Shown here: piece after piece, positions 46,190 to 55,449 of the stretch
How the letters are laid out: each line of letters opens with the position of its first letter
Numbering within the stretch: the first letter of the stretch is position 1
The notes under the pieces: generated by a model
Database searches by the model: none
What the model saw: only the letters and a program-made list of their open reading frames with translations
What the model was told of the DNA's origin: nothing
Program-made: the position numbers and the translations under genes
Assembly (NCBI GenBank): GCA_964344965.1
Contig: CAYFPJ010000001.1
Coordinates: forward strand, 22,771-86,770
DNA length: 64,000 bases
Source of the DNA: an uncultured Gammaproteobacteria bacterium
GTDB taxonomy: Bacteria; Patescibacteriota; Patescibacteriia; Magasanikbacterales; UBA922
Direction: 5' to 3'

Positions 46190-47428
46190 TTATAATTCCA
46201 CATTAAATAAACCATCTTGGTTTTTGTCTGTAAAATAAATTTTGTCACCCTTGTCATCCAAAAATAGATTATCTATTGTGTGCGGCTTGTCCATGATAAT
46301 TTCTTTTTTTAGGCCGGTCTGAGTATCTATCTTATACAATTTGTCAGGAGTATTGTCAGCTAACTCTGGGACAAATCCAGACCCTTTGGAAAGATCAGTT
46401 GGGACTCCGCAATATACAAATCTATCATCAGCAAACGTGCATTTGTCTGCCCAGGTGTTCACATTCAAGAGCTTTCTGCCTGTTCCTATATTGTCTCCTT
46501 GAGCATTAACTATCCAGAGTTCTGGCTGAAAGTTGCTTCTTGAGCTATAGACGCTGTGCAGAAGCTTGTCTCCACTGGTAGACCATTTGGTCTTCAGGTC
46601 TCTCCCTTCCACAATGATGGATTTGAAATTCTCTCCATGTAGTCCGACCAGTAGCACTTCTTGCCTATCATTGCCAAGCACCTCTCCAGTCCTAGAGAGA
46701 GCCACTACCTGCTTATTTGGGGACCAATCCATGATTACTTTGTAAGCATTTTTTCCCATTGGCTCTACAGCTTTCACATTGTTTCCATCTGGATCGGATG
46801 TTACCAACCAACGGTTTTCTGGAGAAAAGCCCATACTCTTTGAAGCGATTTGACTTCCGTCATCTGAAAAGGTGAATTCTTGCCAATGCTGAGGTAGGGT
46901 AACCTGTTTTTTGGTGGTGAAATTGTAATAAATATTGGATCCGTCAGGATACTCAATGATGGATTCATTTTTTGTCGGTGACCATGTCACTTTTTGGACT
47001 TCGTAAAATACCTCATCACTGAGAGGTTGGGCCGTACCATCATCCATTAGTCTATAAAATTTACCATCTCCTTCATTATAAAATTTTGCCGCTCCAATAC
47101 TATCTTTTTGGACACCAACAAGTGGTGATTCTATCACTTGCTCTATATTTATGTCTTCCTCAAAAAATGTATCATCATCGTCAAAGTCTATTCCGCCACC
47201 GCCCGGTACTGTGCCTATGGTAGGTAGGTCACTGGTCCCACTTCCTGCAGACCCTGTATCGACAGACCCTTCTCCTGAAGCAGGGAATTGACCAGCCTCT
47301 CCAGTGGTTGTGGTAGTAGCCTCCGGGTCAATTTTTGGTGGAGCAAAAAATATGCGATACAGTAAGTATCCTAGTGCAATAGTGATTATTATGAACCCGA
47401 CTATGAGAGCAAGAAGTTTTTTGTCCAT
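46190..47428 (-). CDS. membrane-anchored beta-propeller (TolB/PD40-like) protein with Thr/Gly-rich linker
   Basis: N-terminal TM, poly-T/G linker, repeated ...PDG(S/N)...(I/V)Y... blades. Low-confidence fold call. Confidence 0.4.
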   Translation of the reverse strand: MDKKLLALIVGFIIITIALGYLLYRIFFAPPKIDPEATTTTTGEAGQFPASGEGSVDTGSAGSGTSDLPTIGTVPGGGGIDFDDDDTFFEEDINIEQVIESPLVGVQKDSIGAAKFYNEGDGKFYRLMDDGTAQPLSDEVFYEVQKVTWSPTKNESIIEYPDGSNIYYNFTTKKQVTLPQHWQEFTFSDDGSQIASKSMGFSPENRWLVTSDPDGNNVKAVEPMGKNAYKVIMDWSPNKQVVALSRTGEVLGNDRQEVLLVGLHGENFKSIIVEGRDLKTKWSTSGDKLLHSVYSSRSNFQPELWIVNAQGDNIGTGRKLLNVNTWADKCTFADDRFVYCGVPTDLSKGSGFVPELADNTPDKLYKIDTQTGLKKEIIMDKPHTIDNLFLDDKGDKIYFTDKNQDGLFNVEL

Positions 47429-47450
47429 ATTTTATTATTTTGTTAAGTTT

Positions 47451-49766
47451 TTAATTTTTTGTTTTTTTGGAGAGGAGTGTTTGTCTTTCTCTTTCTTTTG
47501 ATTCTATTTCTTTGCTTACTTTTTTTGATGCACTCCTGTTATCTTGTTCATTTATAAATTCAAAAATAACCAGAAGTATGTTGACGCCAGGAATCATCTT
47601 TAGCAAAAATGTCACACAACTTCCACTTTTGTAGGGTTTACCTTGGGTCAGTTTCATCAGTGCTACTATGGGCATTCCAATCCCTGAAAGTGTAAGTAAA
47701 TGTACAAAACACCCGGTAAGCTCATCTTCATTATCTATTTGATTGTCTATTTTCTTTTTTTGTTTTTTTAGTTTGCTAATGTCCTTATCCAGGTCCTGTG
47801 CTTTTTTATTATTTTTATTTTTTTGCTCTCTTTTTTTGTTATCCAACTCATTTTTTCTGTCTTTCTCTGTTTCGGATCTTTCCTTATTTTTTTCTTTATC
47901 CTTATCTTTTCCTTTTCCTTCTCCTTCTCCTTCTTGTTTATCTTTTTTTTCTGAATCATCTCCCTCATTTTTACTCTCATCTTCAGCCTCTTCTTCCTTT
48001 TCTTCTTCCTTTTTTTCGTCTATGGCAGAATCTTTTTTTCCGTCCAGCGCGTCAGCTGCTTGCTGCCACTTGTCAGCATTCCAAAAACTTGGCATACCAC
48101 CGGGCATTTTTTGCTTACTGTCTTCTTCTGGATCACTGCCATCTTCTGTATCACCATCTTGTTTGTCATCATTTTTTTCTTTGTCATCTTTTACATACTC
48201 TTCACCACCTGGCGCACTCTTTGCAGATTCTTCGTCAGCTTTTTTCTCTTTTTCAGATGGTTCATCACTTTCATCATCTCCGTCATCGTCCTCTTCATCT
48301 TCTTCTGCGTCTTCTGGTGAATCAGTATCATCGTCTGCATTCTCACCATCTACTGGCTGATCTTCTCCCTCGTCGTCATCATCATCAAAAAAATCATCCA
48401 TGCCTGGCACACCTTGTGCCATTCCTGCCAGTCCGTGTCCACCATCTGGTGCATCTTCATCAGTTGTATCTTTTTCATCGTCAGCTTTATCTTCGTCATC
48501 ACCTGCATCTTTTTTTTCATCAGGCCTTTTTTCACCTTCATCGGGTGTTGGTTTTTCGTCTGATGGTAGCAGATCACCACTCGGCGTATCATCAAGGCTG
48601 TCAGCTGCTTGTTGCCACTGATCATCACCCCACATGCTTGCCGGTCCTTTTGGGTTACTTGGTTTTTTTGGTTCTTCGCTTTTTTCATCTCCGCTATCAT
48701 CACCATCATTTTTACCACCTGCATCTTTATCTTTGTCACCACCTTCTTCCTCTTTTGGTTTGTCTGTTTCTGTACCATCTTTTTTTTCGTCTTCTGGTTT
48801 TTTTTGATCTTCCTTTTGCGGTGTATTGTCAGACTTGTTATTGGATTTATCGGAACCTTCTTCTACTTTTTTACCGCCATTATCTGATGCCGGATCACCA
48901 CTCGGCGTATCATCAAGGCTGTCAGCTGCTTGTTGCCACTGATCATCACCCCACATGCTTGCCGGTCCTTTTGGTCTACCTGGTTTTTCTTGGTTTTCAT
49001 CTTTTTTATTTTTATTCTCATCCTCATTTTCACCATCTCCACCTTCTTTCGATTTCTCTGGCTCTGCTTCATCTTTTGGTTCTCCTGCTTTTGTGCCATC
49101 TTTGTCGCCATCTGACTTTTCTGGATTTCCTTTTTCTTTTGGTGCGTCATCAGATTTACCATCTGACTCATTGGATTTGTTGTCGGAACCTTCTTCATTT
49201 TTTTTGTTATCATCGTTTGTTGGCGCATCAAGACTATCTGCAGCTTGTTGCCACTTGTCTGCACCCCAAAAGCTTGGCAATCCGCCTGGCATGACTGTTC
49301 TTGGCTTGCTTGGTTCAGTCGAAGCTTGTCCAGATTCTTGCTTCGGTACCTCAGCTTTTTCAGAGGCGGGTTTAGTTTGTGCTTTTTCTGGTTTTTTGGG
49401 AGTTTGTTTTTTGGGAGTAGGCTGTCGTCCTCTTTCTTGGTTTTCCTTCCTTTTTGCTTTCTTTGCCTTATCCCTCTTTTTTTTTGCTCGTTTGTTTGCT
49501 GCCTTTCTTTTCTTTTTTCTTTCTTGCGCCCTCCTTTGTCCTGGAGTTAGTTGATTGCTATCTCTGGCAGAATTTTTCAGATCCTCTCTGTTTGATGATG
49601 CTCCCCGCGTTCTATTGGTAGCTGATCGCGAACTAGGCTCTCTTCTTTTTGCTTCTTTCTTATTGCCTTGACGACGTGGAGCATCCTGATCATCACCCAC
49701 AAGAGGGGCTGGCACCTTTCTGGCAGCATTTGATTTTCTGTTTTGCTGATCAGATTGATCTGCCAT
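47451..49766 (-). CDS. 771-aa intrinsically disordered poly-acidic/Lys-rich repeat protein with four (M/F)WG(D/A)D(Q/K)WQQAADSLD motifs and a C-terminal hydrophobic anchor
   Basis: Repeats PASMWGDDQWQQAADSLDDTPSGD (x2, encoded by an exact 83-bp direct repeat), PSFWGADKWQQAADSLDAPTNDD, PSFWNADKWQQAADALDGKKD. Basic N-terminus. Hydrophobic GMPIVALMKL...VNILLVIFEF near the C-terminus. Confidence 0.6.
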   Translation of the reverse strand: MADQSDQQNRKSNAARKVPAPLVGDDQDAPRRQGNKKEAKRREPSSRSATNRTRGASSNREDLKNSARDSNQLTPGQRRAQERKKKRKAANKRAKKKRDKAKKAKRKENQERGRQPTPKKQTPKKPEKAQTKPASEKAEVPKQESGQASTEPSKPRTVMPGGLPSFWGADKWQQAADSLDAPTNDDNKKNEEGSDNKSNESDGKSDDAPKEKGNPEKSDGDKDGTKAGEPKDEAEPEKSKEGGDGENEDENKNKKDENQEKPGRPKGPASMWGDDQWQQAADSLDDTPSGDPASDNGGKKVEEGSDKSNNKSDNTPQKEDQKKPEDEKKDGTETDKPKEEEGGDKDKDAGGKNDGDDSGDEKSEEPKKPSNPKGPASMWGDDQWQQAADSLDDTPSGDLLPSDEKPTPDEGEKRPDEKKDAGDDEDKADDEKDTTDEDAPDGGHGLAGMAQGVPGMDDFFDDDDDEGEDQPVDGENADDDTDSPEDAEEDEEDDDGDDESDEPSEKEKKADEESAKSAPGGEEYVKDDKEKNDDKQDGDTEDGSDPEEDSKQKMPGGMPSFWNADKWQQAADALDGKKDSAIDEKKEEEKEEEAEDESKNEGDDSEKKDKQEGEGEGKGKDKDKEKNKERSETEKDRKNELDNKKREQKNKNNKKAQDLDKDISKLKKQKKKIDNQIDNEDELTGCFVHLLTLSGIGMPIVALMKLTQGKPYKSGSCVTFLLKMIPGVNILLVIFEFINEQDNRSASKKVSKEIESKERERQTLLSKKTKN

Positions 49767-49773
49767 AAATTTT

Positions 49774-52326
49774 TTAGACCAATCTATACTCTTTGGCCAC
49801 TCTCTTTAGAGTATAGTCTTTTTTGGTTATTTTTTTTCTTAATATATTAGATACAGCCTCACTAATAATTTTTTCTACCACAGTTTCAAGTATTCTGGCT
49901 CCTGTGTCTTCATCGTACGATTCTTTGATGATACTCTTTATGGTAGGTTTGTCTGAGGAAATTGTGATATTGTCTTTAACCAACTTTTTATTTATTTGTT
50001 CTATCCTATTTTTTATTATCTCTTCTAGTGTTTCTTCTGATAGAGTAGAGAAGAAGCAAGTTTGATCCAGTCTTCCGAGCAGCTCTGAACCAAATTGTTC
50101 TTTTAGTTTGGAGTTGATGGCGGAGTTTATTTCTTTTTTTATTTCAGCAGTCTCTTTATCTCTGGAATGACCAAATCCAATACCGTGAGATTTGTATAGC
50201 TCTGATCCAACATTGGAAGTGAGAATTATAGTGGCATGCGAAAAGTTTATTTTTTTACCAGCACTATCTGTCAATTCCCCTTCATCCAAAATTTGCAATA
50301 ACAAACGAACGACATCTGGATGAGCCTTGTCCACTTCATCGAATAGTACGACCGAGTATGGTCTTTTTTTGATCTCATCTGCAAACCTATTTCTTTCTTT
50401 GTGCCCTATATATCCAGCAGGGGAGCCAAGGAGCTTCGATATTCCATGCTGCTCAGCAAATTCGCTCATATCTAGTTTGACAAGAGCTTTCTCATCAAAA
50501 TACATTTCTTTGGCTAAGACTTTGGCTAGTTTGGTTTTACCCACTCCACTTGGGCCCACGAAGAGTAGAGAGGCAAAAGGTTTTTTTTCTGATTTGAATC
50601 CAAGGTGGGATTGCTTGAGAGAGGAGACTATCTGATCTATTGTTTTGTCTTGGCCAAAAATTTGTTTTTTTATTTTCTTACCCAAGACGTCGAGCTGCTT
50701 CCAGGTACTACTAGTCAATATTTTAGGGTCGACGTTCAATCTTTTTCCTACTATCTTGGCAATATGGGTCACTGTAATTGGTTTTTTGGGGATTGATTTG
50801 CTGTTGGCTATCTTTTTCTCTAGATTAGAAATTTGTTTTTGCAGTTTCTCAGCCTGTTTTTTCAATTCCATTGCTGCTGAAAATTCTTCGGCATGAATAG
50901 CCTGAGCCTTACATTCCAATACATTTTCCAATTCTTTTTTTATTTTTTCTAATTTTTTTTGGGTAGGATGCATTTTTTGCTTGTTCTTCACAGAAGCTGC
51001 TGCCTCGTCAATTAGGTCAATTGCCTTGTCTGGCAAGAAATTGTCATGCACATACTTGATGCTGAGATCCACTGCTGATTCGACTACCTTTGATGATATC
51101 TGGACGTGATGGAATTTTTCATACTGCTTTTTCACACCCTCTAGGATTTCTAAGACTTCTTCCCGTGTTGGCTCATCGATGTCAATGGACTGAAATCTTC
51201 TTTCAAGTGCTGGGTCAGATGAGATATGTTTTTTATACTCATCAATTGTGGTTGCACCGATACAGCGTAGCTGACCTCTTGCCAAAGCTGGCTTGAGGAT
51301 ATTTGCCGCATCCATGGTGCCTTGATTTGATCCTGCTCCAATGATGTTGTGGATTTCATCAATAAAAAGAATAATGTTCGGATTCATTTGTACTTCTTCA
51401 ATGATTTGTTTCAATCTACTTTCAAATTCACCGCGGTAGATTGTCCCCGCAATCAGAAGGGTCATATCAAGAGAGAGAATTTTTTTATTTCTCAGCACAT
51501 CTGGGACTTGACCTTTGAATATTTTTTTTGCCAAGCCTTCTACAATTGCTGTCTTTCCTACACCCGGCTCACCAACTAGGACAGGATTGTTTTTGTTTCT
51601 TCTGCCTAGTATATTTATCAGTCTTTCCATTTCGTCTTTTCTGCCTATCACTGGGTCCAGGTCGGCCTGAATATTCTTACTTGTCAGATCTGTAGCAAAG
51701 GTTTCAAGAGCAGTCATTTGCTTATGGTGATTTTTGTTATTTCTCTCTCTCTTTTTAATTTGTAATTTTGGAGAAGAGATGGCAGGCGGACCTATATCTT
51801 GCTCCATGTGATCCATGGCTTCTGCCACATCATCCACAGTCGGGAAACGGCTTGTATTTTGGACAATAGCCAGGATCTGCTCCTCTATTTCTTCGGTTGC
51901 AGTTTTTGTTTGATTTATTACTTTTTGAACATGTAAGTCTTTTGTTTTGATGAGTCCGTATAGAAGATGCTCTGTACCGACGTAGCCGTTGCCATACTCA
52001 TAAGCCAAGAGCATGGCTTTTTCGAGAGCATTTTTTGAGGCAGAATTTAGATTTGGTAAGGTGGCGGTCAGTGTGTGTCCTGAGCCCTCTTCGTTTTGGT
52101 GAGGTTTTATGATGATAGAAGAAAGCAGAGTGGAAATTTTTGTTGGGGTTATTTTATTGTTTTGTAAAATTTGGTTGGCTATCGAACCTTTTTCTTCACT
52201 CAGTGCTAGGAGAATATGGAGAGGAGTGACATCTGGATGTTTATTTTCAGATGCAGTAGATATACTTCTTGCAATGACATTTTTTAGGTGAGTCGATAAT
52301 TTGTCTAGCAGATGATCGGTATTCAT
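49774..52326 (-). CDS. clpC: Clp-family AAA+ chaperone ATPase (ClpC/ClpB type, two AAA modules, Clp_N repeats, coiled-coil M-domain)
   Basis: Walker A GEPGVGKTAIVEGLA and GPSGVGKTKLAKVLA, sensor/arginine fingers, a GIGFG loop at the ClpP-docking position. 850 aa. Confidence 0.85.
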   Translation of the reverse strand: MNTDHLLDKLSTHLKNVIARSISTASENKHPDVTPLHILLALSEEKGSIANQILQNNKITPTKISTLLSSIIIKPHQNEEGSGHTLTATLPNLNSASKNALEKAMLLAYEYGNGYVGTEHLLYGLIKTKDLHVQKVINQTKTATEEIEEQILAIVQNTSRFPTVDDVAEAMDHMEQDIGPPAISSPKLQIKKRERNNKNHHKQMTALETFATDLTSKNIQADLDPVIGRKDEMERLINILGRRNKNNPVLVGEPGVGKTAIVEGLAKKIFKGQVPDVLRNKKILSLDMTLLIAGTIYRGEFESRLKQIIEEVQMNPNIILFIDEIHNIIGAGSNQGTMDAANILKPALARGQLRCIGATTIDEYKKHISSDPALERRFQSIDIDEPTREEVLEILEGVKKQYEKFHHVQISSKVVESAVDLSIKYVHDNFLPDKAIDLIDEAAASVKNKQKMHPTQKKLEKIKKELENVLECKAQAIHAEEFSAAMELKKQAEKLQKQISNLEKKIANSKSIPKKPITVTHIAKIVGKRLNVDPKILTSSTWKQLDVLGKKIKKQIFGQDKTIDQIVSSLKQSHLGFKSEKKPFASLLFVGPSGVGKTKLAKVLAKEMYFDEKALVKLDMSEFAEQHGISKLLGSPAGYIGHKERNRFADEIKKRPYSVVLFDEVDKAHPDVVRLLLQILDEGELTDSAGKKINFSHATIILTSNVGSELYKSHGIGFGHSRDKETAEIKKEINSAINSKLKEQFGSELLGRLDQTCFFSTLSEETLEEIIKNRIEQINKKLVKDNITISSDKPTIKSIIKESYDEDTGARILETVVEKIISEAVSNILRKKITKKDYTLKRVAKEYRLV

Positions 52327-52461
52327 AGGTTATTTTTTCAAATATATATAAACAAAATACCCTAATATTTTTAGGTCGATTTTTGCTTTAGTAATATGAT
52401 TAGTATATAATAAAACGCATCATTTATCAACCAGAATTGCAGCTAAAATATATTGATAATT

Positions 52462-52602
52462 AACATACGAATTGCGAATTGTACGCCGTGCCTGCCGGCA
52501 GGCAGGAATGTTCGAATACTATTTCCAGAGTTTTATTTACAAAATGATAGATAGTAGTGTAACCGGTATTCGTACATTAGAAATATTCGTAATTCGTATG
52601 TT
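52462..52602. mobile_element. MITE-like element: terminal inverted repeats AACATACGAATTGCGAAT / ATTCGTAATTCGTATGTT enclosing a GC palindrome (52490-52506)
   Basis: TIRs read directly. The same 18-mer TIR is found at 56255-56374. Confidence 0.55.
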
Positions 52603-52633
52603 AAGTTATTATCACGTAACTAAATTTCATATT

Positions 52634-53998
52634 ATGAATTTTCCTACCCATATTTTCAAAGCATACGATATTAGAGGTCTTTATCCAGAGGAGATCGATG
52701 AAAAGTTGGCCTACAAAATTGGGTCTGCTTATGCACAGTTTATGAAAAGTGATCTTGGGAGAGAAGATTTGACTCTGGTGGTTTGTCAAGATATGAGGAG
52801 TTCTTCTATCCCAATTAAGAAAGAAGTGATTCGAGGTATGCTCGATCAGGGTGTGGATGTGGTCGATATTGGTCTTGCTTCTACTCCTACATTTTATTTT
52901 GGCGTAGGATTTCATGATTATGATGGTGGGATCCAGGTCACAGCTTCCCATAATCCTGCCGAGTACAATGGTTTCAAGATGGTCCGACCCAAAGCCAGGC
53001 CAATCAGTGGAGAGAGTGGCATTCAAGAGATTAGGGATATGGTCGAGAAAGAGGATTTCACACCGCTCAAAAATGTGGGAAGTATGAGTAGTAGAGAAGG
53101 TGTGCTCGAAGAGCAAATTGCCTATGCCCTCAAGAAGGAAGATCCAGACATTATCAAACCATTCCACATTGTAATCGACACTGGCAATGGCATGGGTGCT
53201 CCGATTATGGAAGAATTGTTCCAGCATCTACCTTGCAAATTGGAAAAAATGTATTTTGATCTTGATGGGAATTTTCCAAATCACGAAGCTAATCCGTTCA
53301 AAGAAGAAAATAATGTTGATATCCAAAATAAGATCCGAGAAGTGAAGGCTGACCTGGGGATTGCGCTAGATGGTGATGGAGATCGAGTATTCTTTTTTGA
53401 TGAGACTGGGAAAACTATCGAGCCAGCCATAGTGCGTGGGATACTGGCTCGCGCTGTTTTGCAAGATCATCCTGGTGCCAATATTGGCTATGACATCAGA
53501 CCAGGCAAGATTACCCGGGATATGATAGAAGAGGCTGGGGGCAAGCCTTTTGTGACGAGGGTAGGACATTCACTGATCAAAGAGAAGGGGATTGAGATGA
53601 ATGCTCCTTTTTCTGGTGAGTCGTCTGGACATTTTTTTTACAACGAGCCTCATGGATTTTTTGAGATGCCCGCTATTATTGTTCTCAATTTTCTGAAAGA
53701 AATATCTGAGAGTGGTCAGACTGTTAGCGAGTACACTAAGCCATTTTATAAATATGCTCATTCTGGAGAGATCAATTTTGAAGTCGAGGATAAGGAATCT
53801 GTATTCGCGAGGTTGAAAGAAAAATATGGTGATCATTTGACGACTGAGATCGACGGAGTCACCTTTGAATGGGAAGATTGGTGGTTCAATGTCAGACCGA
53901 GTAATACGGAGAATGTAGTAAGGCTCAATTTGGAAGCTGTGTCGGAAGATGTGATGAGAGAGAAGGTGGGGGAAGTTTCAAATGTTATTGGATCTTGA
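52634..53998 (+). CDS. phosphoglucomutase/phosphomannomutase family protein
   Basis: Active-site TASHNPAEYNG, Mg loop DGDGDR, sugar-binding GESSGH. Start chosen at MNFPTHIFKAYDIRG. The upstream in-frame extension runs through the MITE-like element. Confidence 0.85.
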   Translation: MNFPTHIFKAYDIRGLYPEEIDEKLAYKIGSAYAQFMKSDLGREDLTLVVCQDMRSSSIPIKKEVIRGMLDQGVDVVDIGLASTPTFYFGVGFHDYDGGIQVTASHNPAEYNGFKMVRPKARPISGESGIQEIRDMVEKEDFTPLKNVGSMSSREGVLEEQIAYALKKEDPDIIKPFHIVIDTGNGMGAPIMEELFQHLPCKLEKMYFDLDGNFPNHEANPFKEENNVDIQNKIREVKADLGIALDGDGDRVFFFDETGKTIEPAIVRGILARAVLQDHPGANIGYDIRPGKITRDMIEEAGGKPFVTRVGHSLIKEKGIEMNAPFSGESSGHFFYNEPHGFFEMPAIIVLNFLKEISESGQTVSEYTKPFYKYAHSGEINFEVEDKESVFARLKEKYGDHLTTEIDGVTFEWEDWWFNVRPSNTENVVRLNLEAVSEDVMREKVGEVSNVIGS

Positions 53999-54054
53999 CA
54001 AATTGTATGATAATATAGTATGATAATATCATATTATATAATCATATATTTAGT

Positions 54055-54261
54055 ATGACTACACTTTCTGTACCACTTACTGCTGATCTTATCAAACAGA
54101 TTGATCAGCTTGTCCAATCTGGTGTCGGAGCAAACAAGGCTGATGTAATGCGCAAAGCTCTCAAATTCTTTGCTGAAGAACAGGCTGTGCAGGCTGTTCT
54201 TCGGGCAAGGACTGAACCTTCGCTTGAAGGTGATTTGGATGAATTGGTAAGTAAGATATAG
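54055..54261 (+). CDS. putative antitoxin (68 aa) of a type II toxin-antitoxin pair
   Basis: Small protein, 2 nt upstream of a RelE/ParE-like ORF. N-terminus consistent with a ribbon-helix-helix/Phd-type fold. Confidence 0.5.
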   Translation: MTTLSVPLTADLIKQIDQLVQSGVGANKADVMRKALKFFAEEQAVQAVLRARTEPSLEGDLDELVSKI

Positions 54262-54263
54262 AC

Positions 54264-54521
54264 ATGAAAATTCTCTATAAGCCGACATTTTTGAGGCAGT
54301 ACAAAAAGTTACCAAAAAATCTTCAGAAAGAGGTAAAAGAAAAGATAAATCTATTTGAAGATGATCCGTCTCACCCTTTCTTAAAGACGCATAAATTGCA
54401 TGGACCATTGAAAGGAAGTTATAGCTTTTCTGTTAATTATAAGTATCGAATTGTGTTTGAGTATACAAAAGAAGGGGATGCAGAGTTGCTTGCGGTGGGT
54501 GATCATAGTGTGTACTCCTAG
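54264..54521 (+). CDS. RelE/ParE-family toxin
   Basis: 85 aa. ...LKTHKLHGPLKGSYSFSVNYKYRIVFEY... matches the RelE/ParE fold pattern (K..L.G.L.G.....V...YRI.Y). Confidence 0.7.
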   Translation: MKILYKPTFLRQYKKLPKNLQKEVKEKINLFEDDPSHPFLKTHKLHGPLKGSYSFSVNYKYRIVFEYTKEGDAELLAVGDHSVYS

Positions 54522-54639
54522 ATTTAATTTGAGTAAGTATTGAAAAACATCGCTTCTCTAAGCGATGTTTTTTGTGATAATAGATTTTAAAGCCCCCCCG
54601 TGGGATTAAATCCCTCCCGACTTGGTCGGGAATATTTCA

Positions 54640-54760
54640 AGTCCATGTATCTCATGACTACTTGTCATTCTGAGTGAAACGAAGAATCTCTTAAACATCA
54701 AATTTGTATGAATATACAAAGTATAAGGGATCCTTCGTTTCACTCAGGATAACGTACTAT
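54640..54760. repeat. long imperfect hairpin element (15-bp arms ctgagtgaaacgaag / cttcgtttcactcag around an inner tttgtat-gaa-atacaaa hairpin), flanked by two similar terminator-like hairpins (54545-54572, 54858-54886)
   Basis: Arms are exact reverse complements. The flanking catcgcttctctaagcgatg and catcgcttgggagagcggtg hairpins are each followed by a T-run. Confidence 0.5.
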
Positions 54761-54986
54761 CACTATAAATTTATACTCTTTAGCGTCCTTCAGGACGACA
54801 AAGTTATAGATTCTTTCGGCTTTAGCCGATAGTGGTTCAATTTAAGTAAGTATTATAAAACATCGCTTGGGAGAGCGGTGTTTTTTCTCTAACTGAGGAG
54901 TAAGCAAAGCAAGCTATCCCATGAAAAATATTTTGTGCCAACTTTTTTGAACCTCATATCTTTTGTTGTGTAATGTAGATTTTTTT

Positions 54987-55385
54987 CTACATTGCTTTCA
55001 TTGCTCTTTTTTTCAAGTAGTTAATGACAACAGTTATTGCTTCATCAGCACGTTTTATTTCATTAGCAGTTCTGTATTCTTTAAAATTAATATTCTCTGT
55101 AAATTTTATAAATTGTCTAACTTGTTCTGCTACGGTTGGATCTTCAATTACCACTTCATTTTCGCCTGTGCCCATTTCAATTCCAAGTAATAATCTAAAT
55201 CTTCCGATTATTCCATTCCACCAATTAGTTCTACATTTAGCCTGATAATATATTTCAGGATAGTTGCTAATGTGTTTTTCCGGAAGCTCATCAGTACATT
55301 CATCTCTCTCTTCTCTTAAAAATTCTAGATGTAAATTAATTTCCTGGAGCTCTGGACTCATGTTGTTTTCCGTTTTTTCAGCCAT
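54987..55385 (-). CDS. hypothetical protein (132 aa)
   Basis: ORF only. Confidence 0.4.
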   Translation of the reverse strand: MAEKTENNMSPELQEINLHLEFLREERDECTDELPEKHISNYPEIYYQAKCRTNWWNGIIGRFRLLLGIEMGTGENEVVIEDPTVAEQVRQFIKFTENINFKEYRTANEIKRADEAITVVINYLKKRAMKAM

Positions 55386-55449
55386 AGGTTAAAAAGGGAT
55401 ATTGATTTAATTTTTATTATTTTCTAAATGCATAGTTTTTGTACAACTA

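Noticed and set aside
47798-49294. 498-aa plus-strand ORF (His/Leu-rich) and several 60-200-aa ORFs overlapping the acidic repeat gene
   Set aside because: They are antisense to the strongly supported minus-strand repeat protein. They are low-complexity artefacts of translating the complement of GA/GAT-rich repeats, with no start context.
54660-54760. parS-like site, from the GTGAAAC/GTTTCAC half-sites in the long hairpin; parS was also sought near parAB
   Set aside because: The half-sites are separated by about 50 nt rather than forming the 16-bp TGTTNCACGTGAAACA palindrome. No canonical parS was found around 19600-21500 by eye.
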